Both the position numbers and the translations under genes were made by a program. 64,000 nucleotides of DNA from contig OZ024742.1 of assembly GCA_964016885.1 (NCBI GenBank), positions 149,048,001-149,112,000 of the forward strand. Direction: 5' to 3'. This stretch comes from Eledone cirrhosa (taxonomy: Eukaryota). The notes under the pieces are model-generated. The model ran no database searches. It saw nothing but the letters and a program-made list of their open reading frames with translations, and was not told the DNA's origin. Shown one piece after another: positions 40,306 to 52,351 of the stretch. Position 1 is the stretch's first letter. Each line of letters opens with the position of its first letter.

Positions 40306-40754
40306 TTGTTATATTGTTTACCAATGAGTGGAACTGGTGATTCTGGTTAGTAAATATTGATGCAATAAATTAATGCACTCATGTTTTGCAGATCATCAAT
40401 CATAGATGTGGTATCCAGTGATTGGTGTAGGAACGGAGTTAAATATTCCTTAAAAACAAAAACAGTGGGCCAGACTGTAAATTCAAGGAAGACCTGCTGT
40501 TACAATAACACACACACACACACACACATGTATCAGTTTAATAGGGAGCTAACTGACCAAGGATGTGCAATCTACACTCTAATCAGTCGGCAGTGATGCA
40601 GATAAAATGAAGCACTCAATGACATGTATAGAAAGTACAAGTCGGAGCATTATAGAAAAGATCATCTAATGAGATCGGGCTGAGGGATTGGGTAGGAAAA
40701 ACACCTCCTAGCCATCAACCCCAGCAAAATATATATATATATAGTATATTTCTT

Positions 40755-42915
40755 ATATGACAACTTGCTGCAGGATACTGATGAAACTTGTGGCTGGAGC
40801 AGAGCTCCAACCAGACAAAGAGTGACCTGGTGGTGGAACAGCACAGTAGATAAGGCCATTAGAGACAAAAGACTAGCATGGAAGGCTTGGAAAAAGGGTG
40901 GGAGTAGGGAAGAATATACAGCCACTAAGAGAGAAGCTTGATGTCAGGTGTACTTAGCACGCAGGGAGGCGGAGAGTAGGAGGTTTGCCAATGTTCTGCG
41001 ACGGGAAGATCAGAGGCGTGCGGTGTTCCACATTGCAAGGCAGTGTGTCAATGCAAATCAGGAAGTTGTTGGAGATAAATGTGTCCGGGATGATGCCGGT
41101 GTACTTAGTGTCACGAATGATCAGAAAAAGGAGGCCTAGAAATATCTTTATGAGAGACTGATGAATGTGGAGAACGAATGGGAGAGAGAGAAATTACCCT
41201 TAGTAGATCCGACAGAGGGACCAGCTATTGAGATTGACGAATATAGGGTCCAAGAGGCAATTAGGGAAATGAAAAATGGTAAGGCTGCTGGACCATCGGG
41301 AATAGTTGCTGAGATGCTGAAGGCATCAGGGGACGTAGGCACTAAACTGGTTGCACGCATCATCAATCAGGCTATATATGGTGGTGTCATACCCAAAGAC
41401 AAATTGCTACAAAGGTAAAGGGGATGCTCTCGAGAGGAGCAATTATAGGGGTATAAAACTGATGGATCAGGTTATGAAAGTGGCAGAAAGGATATTAGCA
41501 CAACTAATTAGAGAAAGGGTCAAACTAGATGAGATGTAGTTTGGTTTTGTGCCGGGGAAGAGTACAACAGATGCCCTCTTCTTGGTGAGACAATTGCAAG
41601 AGAGGTTCTTAGAGAAAAATAAGCCACTATACTTAGCCTTTGTTGACCTAGAGAAGGCCTTTGATAGGGTACCCCGATCTGTCATCTGGTGGTCCCTAAG
41701 GAAGCTAGGTGTTGAAGAATGGCTTGTGAGGACAGTGCAAACTTTGTACAGAGGTACTCTCAGTAAAGTCAGGGTAGGAATGGAGTTTAGTGAGGAATTC
41801 CAGATACAAGTAGGAGTACATCAAGGTTCGGTCCTCAGCCCGCTCTTGTTCATTATAGTCCTCCAAGCCATAACAGAGGAGTTTAAGACTGGCTGTCCAT
41901 GGGAACTTCTCTATGCTGACGATCTGGTTCTTATAGCAGAATCAGGAGAGGAGCTAGAGAATAAATTCTGGCTATGGAAACAGCAGTTGGAAGCAAGAGG
42001 ACTGAGAGTGAACCTAGCTAAGACAAAAGTGTTGATGAGTAGAAAAGAGGACAAAACCCTGATTCCGTCAGGGAAATGGCCATGTTCGATATGCAGAAAA
42101 GGAACTGGCATAAATTCTATAAAATGCACACAATGCAGATCCTGGGTACACAAGAGATGTAGTGGGATAGCAGGCAAACTAACAGGTAGGGAGAAATATG
42201 TATGCAGTAGATGTACAGGGAAATTAGACAGTAGAAGTCGCATTGATAGACACATTTTTCAGATGCAGGAGGGCGCTATAGAAGTGGTGGATAGCTTCCG
42301 GTACCTAGGAGATCAGATTAGCATGGGAGGAGGGTGTTCCGAGGCCATAGTATCTAGAATAAGGACGAGTTGGAAGAAGTTTAGGGAGCTGCTTCCTCTG
42401 TTGATGAAGAAGGGTTTCTCCCTGCGTACGAAAGGCCGGTTGTATGATGCCTGTGTGAGGAGCGCGATGCTGCATGGTAGTGAGACATGGGCAGCAACTG
42501 CAGAGGATATGCGACGGCTGGAGAGAAATGAGGCAAGCATGCTCCGTTGGATGTGCAGTGTAAATGTGCGTGAACGACCCAGCATAAATATGTTGAGAGA
42601 GAAACTGTGTCTGAGAGGGATAGAATGTAGTGTATGGGAGAGGAGACTGAGGTGGTATGGACATGTGATGCGCATGGAGGATGATCGATGGGTGAAGAAG
42701 TGCCAGGAAATGCCAGTTGAAGGAAGACGTGGTAGAGGTAGACCACGAAAAACATGGGCGGAGGTGGTGAGAACAGACCTCAGATCATTGAAGCTCACGA
42801 TGGAGATGACGAAGGACCGTGACGAGTGTAGAGATGCTGTGCTGAATCAGACCCGTCCCACCCTTGCAAGCAGGGAAAAGCAGACGTAAAATGATGATGA
42901 TGAATGATGATGATG
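40755..42915 (+). mobile_element. 5'-truncated RTE LINE (family A, essentially no 3'UTR); RT open frame 41549-42889
   Basis: FVDLEKAFD, QGSVLSP, YADD, FRYLG, RLRWYGHVMR and GRPRKTW motifs; stops and a deletion in the 5' part; (GAT)n tail; no APE domain present. Confidence 0.97.
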
Positions 42916-43904
42916 ATATATATCATGGATATGGAATTAAACTTACATACAACTGCATATGGCCTTCGCTGTATGTAAATATTCTATATATATATATGTA
43001 CATATATATATACACATATACACACATATAAACAAGCAAGCCACTCTACATGTGATGCCCGCTATCTCAAGGCCATCCATGGAAAGATAAGCTTTCTTAT
43101 CTCTACCTATATTTTGAATTAATTACTCTAGTCAGTAAAATTTCTTTCCACAGTTTTTCCATTCTTTTTCAAATTTCTCAATTTGCTTACTTCATGGCTC
43201 TATCATCTCTGCATCCCACCGGCCCCCTATCAGCAGGGTCGATTGCTACTCTATGGTCCACTGCTGTTCTGAGTAAAATAGGATTATGATTTGGGGGAAG
43301 ACGTGGACTACACAAGCTGTAGTGAAAGCACACATCTAGGAGGGCAGTGACTCCAATTAAGAATGACTGCATGGAGCAGGCATGAACTCTGTAAGCCATA
43401 GTGAAGGTAACCCGTTTTGGAGGGCAGTGACTCTGATTAAAAACCACTACACGGGGCAGGCATGGACTTTGGAAGCTGTAGAGAAGGCAACCCATCTAGG
43501 AGAGTAAACATTCCAAATAAAAGCTGAAATAGGGTGGAAAAGACTCGAGTACAGTAAGACAACTTCTCTAGCGCTAGTGGCATGATACCGCACCCTGTCC
43601 ATACTGTAAAGTAGTTGATGATTAAGAAGGGCATCCAGCCAGAAAAAACTGCCAAAATATGACAAGCACAAATACGATTTTCACTAATTGCATATACAGG
43701 GCTAACACTAGTCATGATAGTGTTGCACACAGTCGTGGGGTAGCTAGAATAGCTATGTGAGAGAACCCCTCGACTGCCATTTTTCCCTTTTAGGTACATA
43801 GAACCTCTACCCAAAGAAATAACAGCAACTGTCAAGGTACAAATCTCAGGACTGCCACTCTCAATGTTGGCACCCTGAAAGGTAAATCAGGCGAAATTAT
43901 GGAA

Positions 43905-44632
43905 CTGTTCCCAGGGTGCTCAATGAAGATCAAAGGCAGAGGTGTGTTGATGACAGCAGGGAGATGGTTGAGTGGATCACTTCGAATTCAAGTGTCCTCG
44001 AGTCTTTGGCAACCTGTGACAAAAGATGGGTCTACTGTTATGATCTAGAGACCAAGAGACAGTGTCCAGTGGAAACATTCTGACTCCTCAAGACCCAAGA
44101 AGGCCAGGCAAAGCAGGTCCACTGGGAAGCTCATGGTGATCCCATTCTTCAACAGCAAGGGCATCATCTACATCCACTGGGTCCCCCACAGCCAGACAGT
44201 CAACAAAGAGTACTATGTAGATGTTTTAAGGCAGCTCAGAAAGAAATTTCATTGCAGCAGACCAGAACTCTTCAAGTCTGGTTCGTGGCACCTGCATCAG
44301 GACAATGTTACCTGCCACAAATCCATCCAGGTGACAAACTACTTGGCCAATATGGGGATCAAGACCGTCCCTCATCCTCCCTAAAGTCCAGACTTAGCCC
44401 CATGTTTTTGAAGCTGAAGGAGAAGCTCAGGGGTATACGCTTTGAGGATATGGAAGAGATGAAGGAGCACCCTGGACACCATTTTGAGGGGTCCTTCCAG
44501 AAGTGGCTGAAACACTACAAGTGAATTGATGTTGGAAGATCCTACTTTGAGGGAGACTACAGTTTTGTATTGATCTGAGTTAAATAAATGTCACTCGGAT
44601 AAAATCTCAAAACCTCACGAGTGTACCTAGTA
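43905..44632 (+). mobile_element. Decayed mariner (irritans-like) 3' part
   Basis: KLMVIPFFNSKGII, TVNKEYY, WHLHQDN and PHPP*SPDLAP motifs, disrupted. Confidence 0.85.
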
Positions 44633-44685
44633 TATGTATATATAGTATTAAGATATATATAGTATTAAGATCGGGGAGTCATAAG

Positions 44686-44966
44686 CAGTTGATTTATATC
44701 TCCATGATACATATTTTGCTGAGGCCTATCAATTTTGATAGCCTGAGCTCTTCAGACAGTATAAAAACCTTTTAAAAGATTTGAAAATATTAAAAATCTT
44801 CTTTAAAAAAAATTTTCAAAAACTTTGTTAAAAATTTTAATTATTTTTTTTGAAACAGTTTTTTAATATTTTCAAGTTTTTTTAAAGGTTTTTATGCCGT
44901 CTGAAAAGCTCAGGCAGAATTGATAGTCTTCAGTGAAATATGTATTATGAAGATATAAATCAACTA
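44686..44966. mobile_element. Foldback/MITE-like inverted repeat
   Basis: agttgatttatatctccatgatacatattt...ctgagctcttcagac pairs with gtctgaaaagctcagg...aaatatgtattatgaagatataaatcaact. Confidence 0.8.
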
Positions 44967-45169
44967 TTCAATCATTCTGGTGTTCTGGGAAGTATGGCCT
45001 TATCCATTAGTCACCATTATCTGCTCTGGCCCGGGGTGGTAACCTATGGGTTGAATAATCTTAGTGGCAAGGTTCTTCATTCGAAGACCTTGAATCTACC
45101 GACATGTTTTATAGCATCCAGCAGCCATGTCCCAGCCTGGGGAAAGGTTTCTCCCTATGTACAAAAGGA

Positions 45170-45625
45170 AGGCTCTATGTCATCTGAGTGCAGTGTGCAA
45201 TGCTGCATGGTAGTGAAACATGGGCTTTGACTGTAGAGGACATGCGTAAACTGGAGAGAAATGAAGCAACCATGTTTCGTTGGATATGCAATGTGAATGT
45301 GAGAAAAAGGCAGAGCTTGGATGAACTGAGGGAAAAGCTGGGTTTAAGGGGAATCTAAGGTGGTGTGCAGGAAAGAAGACTTCATGGATATGGACATGTG
45401 ATGTGCATGGACAATGACTGATGGGTGAAGAAATGCCAGTGGAAGGAAGCCGCAGTAGAGGACAACCAAGAAAGACGTGGGCAGAGGTTGTGAGAGCGGA
45501 TCTCAAATCACTAGGACTGTCAGAGGAGATGACAAAAGATTGCGACAAGTGGAGAGATGCCGTGCTGAGAAGGACCCATCCAACCCATGTAAGCATAGAA
45601 AAGCGGACATAAAAATGATGATGAT
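45170..45625 (+). mobile_element. RTE family A 3' fragment
   Basis: AMLHGSETW...[14 protein letters not shown], then the A-type terminus. Confidence 0.9.
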
Positions 45626-45783
45626 CGCATACATATATATACACATATACATACATATATATATACACATATATATATATATCATGATCATGATCATGAT
45701 ACATATATATATACACATATATATATATATATATATATATCATGATCATCATTATTTAATGTTATCTTCCACACTAGCATGGG

Positions 45784-45845
<62 letters not shown>

Positions 45846-45847
<2 letters not shown>

Positions 45848-47005
45848 AAGACTAAGGTCCTTGTAAGTAGACGAGAAAACAGAACCCAGATCCCCTCAGG
45901 GAAATGGCCTTGCCCAGTATGTAGGAAAGGTGTAGGTAGGAGCTCCATTCTCTGCCCCAAATGCAAACAATGGGTACACAAGAGATGTAGTGGGATCTCA
46001 GGAAGCTTAATTAAGAATGTAGGCTTCACATGTAGCAGCTGTGCTGGGACAGCAAGCAGCAAAAGCCACAGGAAACAAGTACCACCAATCTCTGGGAGGG
46101 CTCTGTAGAAACAGTAGACAGCTTCTGCTACCTAGGTGACCGAATTATCAGCAGAGGTGGGTGTTCAGAAGTACAATAACTAGGGTAAGAACGGGATGGA
46201 AGAAGTTCAGGGAGCTACTGCCACTGCTAGCTGCAAAAGGCTTTTCCCTCAAAATGAAAGGCAGACTGTATGATGCATGTATCCGAACAGCAATGTTACA
46301 TGGTAGTAAGACCTGGGTGCTGAATGTGGAAGACTTATGTAGATTAGAAAGAAACGAAGCCTGTATGCTCCAATGGATGTGTAATAGTAATATACGCGAA
46401 CGGCAAAGCATAAATGAATTGAGAGAGAGACTGAGCATAAGAGGAATCAAATGCATGCAGGAGAGGCAGTTGCGTTGGTATGGACATGTGATGCGTATGA
46501 AGGATGACAGCTGCATAAAAAGGTGCAGAGCACTAGAAGTCAATGGAAACCGCGGAGTGGGGAGCCCAAGAAGACCTGGGATGAGGTGATAAAAGCCGAC
46601 CTTACCCAATTACACCTCTCAAAGGTGATGACACACGACTGTGACCTCTGGCGTCACGCAGTAATACAGAGTACCCAATCTCCCATGGGTACAAGCTAAA
46701 GCATATAGACAATATGCCCCCACACCCTCCCACTGCAAAGTGGTCGTGGAGGTGCCATGGCAAAAAAGCACCCAGCCCACACTGTAAAGTGGTCGTGTAG
46801 GCACCACGGTAAAAACGCATCCAGTACTCACTTTAAATGAGGTTGGTGTTAGGAAGGGCATCCAGCTGTAGAAATCAAGCCAGAATCAGTTCCTGTATGA
46901 GCAAGACAAGGTCAGCCGACCAGACACTGCCTACAACAGGACAACCCGTCTAACCCATGCTAGCATAGAAGAACGGACGTAAAACGGTGATGATGATGAT
47001 GATGA
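45846..47005 (+). mobile_element. 5'-truncated RTE (B-like subfamily, long 3'UTR) inserted in (TA)n
   Basis: Starts at KTKVLV; contains the PHD-like segment and C-terminal motifs, frameshifted; ~320-bp SINE-like tail ending (GAT)n. Confidence 0.93.
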
Positions 47006-47087
47006 TATATATATATATATAGATATATTTATATATATATATATACACATACATATATAGACACACATATACACATATATATATACA

Positions 47088-49733
47088 TGGAAGCTAAAGG
47101 ACCCCACAGCCAGGAATAAATTTCAAAGCATATTACTTGATGCTTTCAACAGTAAGGAAGAACATTTAGAGTCGGACAATATAGAGGGAGAGTGGGAATT
47201 TCTGAAAGCAAACCTGCTGTTGGCGACAGACGAAGTCTGTGGCTGGAGCAGGCCTGTAGGCAGGAGGAGAGTAACATGGTGGTGGAACAGTAAGGTGGAG
47301 GGGTCAATTAAGGCCAAAAAGCAGGCTTGGAAAGTATGGCGGGATGGGGGAAGTAGAGAGGACTATCAAGTGGCCAGGAGGGAAGCTAGGAGACAAGTGT
47401 ACTTAGCAAGAAGGGAAGCTGAGGAAAGAAAGTTCAAGCATGTTCTACAACGCGATGACCAAAAACGTGAGGTGTTCAGGATTGCTAGGCAATGCGTCAA
47501 GGAAAACCGTGATATTGTCGGGGAGAAGTGTGTACTAAACGACGATGGCACACTTGCCATCACCGACGCTGATAAGAAGGTAGCTTGGAAGTGTCACTAT
47601 GAAAGGCTACTAAATGAGGAGAATAAATGGGAGAAAGACAGTCTCCCCCATATCGACCCAATAGAGGGACCAGCAGTGTTAGTCAAGGGGAGTATAATAA
47701 GTAAGGCAATCAAGGATATGAAGACGGGTAAGGCGGCTGGGCCTTCGGAAATAGTTGCTGAGATGCTGAAGGCATCTGGCACGGTGGGACACACCATGGT
47801 CACCCGCATAGTTAACCAAGTCGTACAGAATGGGGTTGTTCCGAAGGACTGGCATAGCAGCATCATCGTTAACTGTTATAAGGGTAAAGGAGACGCCCTC
47901 GATAGGAGTAACTATAGAGGCATTAAATTAATCGACCAGGTCATGAAGGTCACGGAAAAAGTAATAGCGCAACTAATCAGAGAGAGAATTGACCTAGATG
48001 AAATGCAGTTCGGGTTTGTGTCAGGCAAAAGTACCACAGACGCTCTTTTCATAGTACGACAACTACAGGAGAAGTACCTAGCTAAAGGTAAACCCCTCTA
48101 CTTAGCGTTTGTCGACTTGGAGAAAGCCTTCGACAGAGTCCCCCGCTCCATTATCTGGTGGGCTCTTAGAAAACTAGGCGTTGACGAATGGCTTGTGAGG
48201 GCTATACAAGCCATGTATAAAGAAACAGTCAGCAAGGTTAGAATTAACAACGAATATAGTGAAGAGTTTAGCGTAAAAGTTGGCGTCCATCAGGGCTCTG
48301 TTCTCAGCCCACTACTATTTATTATTGCCCTTCAGGCTATAACAGAGGAGTTCAAGACAGGCTGCCCATGGGAACTCCTATACGCAGACGACCTGACACT
48401 CATAGCGGAATCAATGGCCGAGCTAGAGAAGAAATTCCAAACATGGAAGCACGGCCTAGAGTCAAAAGGACTTAAAATTAACCTGGCTAAGACCAAAGTA
48501 CTAGTTTGTAGGAAAGAAAACAAGGCGGCGGTCCCTTCTGGGAAATGGTCGTGCTCGGTGTGTAGGAAAGGCGTAGGTAGAAACTCCATTTTATGTCCTA
48601 AATGCAAAGTATGGGTGCATAAAAGATGTAGTGGGATCACAGGTAAGCTAACTAAGAACATAGATTTTACATGTGGCCGGTGCTCTGGTGCAATAAGTAG
48701 CAGCAAGTGCCCACAAATACTAGCTCTTTCAATTGCGCAGAGGGTTCTATAGAAATAGTGGACAGCTTCCGTTACCTGGGCGATAAAATCAGCAGTGGGG
48801 GAGGGTGCTCTGAAAGTACTGTAGCTAGAGTCAGAACTGGTTGGAAAAAGTTCAGAGAGCTTATACCACTATTAGCTGCTAAAGGGTTCTCACTAAAAAT
48901 GAAAGGCAGGTTGTACGATGCCTGCATACGAACAGCAATGCTGCATGGCAGTGAGACCTGGGCATTGTGTGCAGAGGATATACGCAGACTAGAGAGGAAC
49001 GAAGCTTGCATGCTCCGCTGGATGTGTAACAGTAATATACGTGAACGGCAAAGCATAAACGAACTAAGGAAAAAAATTAGAGATAAGAGGGATCAGATGT
49101 TGTTTACTCGAGAGAAGGCTACGTTGGTATGGACACGTGATGCGCATGAAAGTCGATAGCTGTATAACAAAGTGCAGGGCAATAAAGATAGACGGTAGTC
49201 ACGGAATAGGCAGACCTAGAAAAACCTGGGACGAGCTGATAAACTCCGACATCACACACTTACACCTCTCCAAGACAATGTCACTGGACCGAGACCTTTG
49301 GCGGTACTCAGTAACAGAGAAGACCCGCCTTACCTAAATATATAGTAAAACCTACTCCAGCCAGTAGGCATCTCTAACAAAATACACCCCGTCCCACCAC
49401 CACCACCCCCACCCCATCCACACCACCCCGTTCTATGTAAAGTTATGTTGGTGCCGCGCCATCCAGGCCGAAACAAATGAGATCGTGTAGGTGTCACGAC
49501 AAAAAAACACACAGTCCACGCTGTAATGTGGCCGTGTAGGCAACACGGTAAAAACCTCCCAGACCCACACTGTAAATGTGGTTGGTGTTAGGAAGGGCAT
49601 CCAACTGTAGAAAACCTGCCAGACAGTCCTATGCGAGCAAGACAATCACTCTTGCCTCAAGTGGGACTACCCCCGTCCAAACCCATGCAAGCGTGGAACA
49701 CGGACGTTAAACGTTGATGATGATGATGATGAT
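47088..49733 (+). mobile_element. 5'-truncated RTE LINE family B; RT ORF 47220-48752 continued by frameshifts to 49337
   Basis: Full RT motif set including YADD; frameshifts near 48710 and in an A-run near 49075; ~400-bp 3'UTR; TA/CA microsatellite on both sides. Confidence 0.97.
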
Positions 49734-50267
49734 ATACACACACACATATATATATACATATATATATACACACATATATATATATACCCACATATATGCA
49801 GATACACACACACTCACACATATATGTGTATTATGTGTATGTATATATAATTTGAATCAAGAAACAAACCAAAGATGATACTTCAACTCCTTTTATTAAT
49901 GTCTACACACATTTCAAATTTAATGCTAACTGTTAACACTAAAATATCCCCAGGACTTTAGGATGCAAATCCCAAAGAAAACAAGTCAAAGTCAATAAAG
50001 TAAAGAAATTGAAGAGTTTTTTTCCACAGAGACGTATATGCAAAGAGGTCGTTTAGTTGTGCATGATGGATTTCCAAACTATTTTTGCCTACTAAATTTA
50101 AATCCCAAATAATTGGGTCAACCCAAGGATATAGTGGAAGACACTTGGCCAAAGTGGCACACAGAAGGAGTGAACTCAAAATCACTTGGTTGCAAAGTGA
50201 CCTGTGATTATTGTTAATCTTCACATTTATGCTTTCCATTACAAAAAGCTTACAACTAAACAAGTTT

Positions 50268-50848
50268 GGATGTACTCAAGTGTAGATGTACTCAAGTGTG
50301 TGTGTACTCAAGTGTGGGTGTACTCATGTGTAGATGTACTCAAGTGTGGATGTACCAAAGTGTGGATGTACTCAAGTGTGGATGTACTCAAGTGTGGGTG
50401 TACTCAAGTGTGGGTGTACTCAAGTGTGGGTGTACTCAAGTGTGGGTGTACTCAAGTGTGGGTGTACTCAAGTGTGGGTGTACTCAAGTGTGGGTGTACT
50501 CATGTATAGATGTACTCAAGTGTGGGTGTATACAAATGTGGGTGTATACAAATGTGGGTGTACTCAAGTGTGGGTGTACTCAAGTGTAGATGTACTCAAG
50601 TGTAGATGTACTCAAGTGTGGATGTACCCAAGTGTGGGTGTACTCAAGTGTAGATGTACTCAAGTGTAGATGTACTCAAGTGTGGATGTACTCAAGTGTG
50701 GGTGTACTCAAGTGTAGATGTACTCCAGTGTAGATGTACTCAAGTGTGGGTGTACTCAAGTGTGGATGTACTCAAGTGTGGGTGTACTCAAGTGTAGATG
50801 TACTCCAGTGTAGATGTACTCAAGTGTGGGTGTACTCCAGTGTAGATG
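50268..50848. repeat. 16-bp minisatellite GTACTCAAGTGT(G/A)G(G/A)T
   Basis: About 36 tandem units, seen directly. Confidence 0.95.
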
Positions 50849-51517
50849 TGGGGTTGATATAATAAAGGACTAGTCTATGGTGATGGAGGGGTGATATAAT
50901 AAAGGACTAGTCTATGGTGATGGTGGGGTTGATATAATAAAGGACTAGTCTATGATGATGGTGGGGTTGATATAATAAAGGACTAGTCTATGGTGATGGT
51001 GGGGTTGATATAATAAAGGACTAGTCTATGGTGATGGTGGGGTTGATATAATAAAGGACTAGTCTATGGTGATGGTGGGGTTGATATAATAAAGGACTAG
51101 TCTATGGTGATGGAGGGGTTGATATAATAAAGGACTAGTCTATGGTGATGGTGGGGTTGATATAATAAAGGAGTCTATGGTGATGGTGGGGTTGATATAA
51201 TAAAGGACTAGTCTATGGTGATGGTGGGGTTGATATAATAAAGGACTAGTCTATGGTGATGGTGGGGTTGATATAATAAAGGACTAGTCTATGGTGATGG
51301 AGGGGTTGATATAATAAAGGACTAGTCTATGGTGATGGTGGGGTTGATATAATAAAGGAGTCTATGGTGATGGTGGGGTTGATATAATAAAGGACTAGTC
51401 TATGGTGATGGTGGGGTTGATATAATAAAGGACTAGTCTATGGTGATGGTGGGGTTGAGATAATAAAGGACTAGTCTATGGTGATGGAGGGGTTGATATA
51501 ATAAAGGACTAGTCTAT
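50849..51517. repeat. 38-bp minisatellite GGGGTTGATATAATAAAGGACTAGTCTATGGTGATGGT
   Basis: About 17-18 units abutting the 16-bp array; a 4-bp-deleted variant recurs near 51171 and 51358. Confidence 0.95.
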
Positions 51518-51609
51518 AGAGATAGAAGAGTTGATAGTTAAAGCATCAAACAAGATGCTTTATGCAATTTATTCAGAGGCCTACTTGTGTGGTAGATGTA
51601 ACCCATTGC

Positions 51610-51948
51610 TTGCTTTAACTCCACCTTTTGGCCATTAGGTGCCTATATCAGAGACCAACCTCTTGCAAGCATTTAGACCAGGCATATAATTTGAGAATAC
51701 CTTCCTCCATCTTGTCTACCAACCTTGGAAATATTGAAAAGGGTCATGAGCAAGTTCTTGCGATAAAGCCTTTATCGCAAGAACTTTTTGTACTTTTTTT
51801 TTCAGGAAAAGGGTTGGGGGCAAATACCGCCAAGGTTGGTAGAAAATAAAGAGGAAGGTATACCCAAATTATAAGTCTGGTCTAAATGCTTGCAAGAGAT
51901 TGGTCTCTGATTTAGGCACCCAATGGACAAAAGGTGGAGTTAAAGCAA
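51610..51948. mobile_element. Foldback/MITE-like element with ~125-bp arms and an inner palindrome
   Basis: ttgctttaactccacctttt...ctaccaaccttgg pairs with ccaaggttggtag...aaaaggtggagttaaagcaa; centre agttcttgcgataaag-c-ctttatcgcaagaact. Confidence 0.88.
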
Positions 51949-52200
51949 CTCTACTTCATGCTAAATTAAAACACGTTTGCTTCATGAAAGAAACAATGTA
52001 AGTAGTCAACCTGAGATTATTTTAATAAAAGTTTTAAAAAACTTATGTAGGTTTAGCTGGCTTCATATGAAGAAGCATCTCATAGGAGGTCTCTTGTGTG
52101 ATTTAATGTTAGCGCAACGGGCTAGTCATCAACTTTAAAAGATAATTAGAAGAATGAATAAAAAAAAAAACTAGCAACAAGAAAATAGCTTACGCCTTAC

Positions 52201-52266
52201 CTGGAATCCACCAAATTCACCAAATTCATCATCAGAATCAAGGCCAGGACCATCTAACCTTTGGTT
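52201..52266 (-). CDS. CCDC91: CCDC91-like coding exon (most 5' exon found): NQRLDGPGLDSDDEFGEFGGFQ
   Basis: ttttccag acceptor and gtaagg donor; 66 bp, phase 0-0. The DDEFGEFGGF motif resembles the N-terminal acidic-Phe motif (DDDDFGGF) of CCDC91/p56, which binds GGA GAE domains. No ATG exon was found in the window. Confidence 0.85.
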
Positions 52267-52351
52267 CTGGAAAAGAAAATTGTTTAACTTGATTAACTCA
52301 CACATATATGCCTATATATAAACAATTAATATGACTACTCACCCACATATA

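Noticed and set aside
41911-42798. Antisense ORFs over the RT (also 47366-49056, 52823-53548, 63513-63965)
   Set aside because: They are shadows of the sense transposon ORFs.
47088-49733. Active autonomous LINE or domesticated RT gene
   Set aside because: It lacks the endonuclease and 5' end and has two frameshifts; the 63449-63886 copy shows the A-run frameshift is copy-specific decay.
50204-50669. Cys/Val-rich ORFs
   Set aside because: They are translations of the 16-bp minisatellite.
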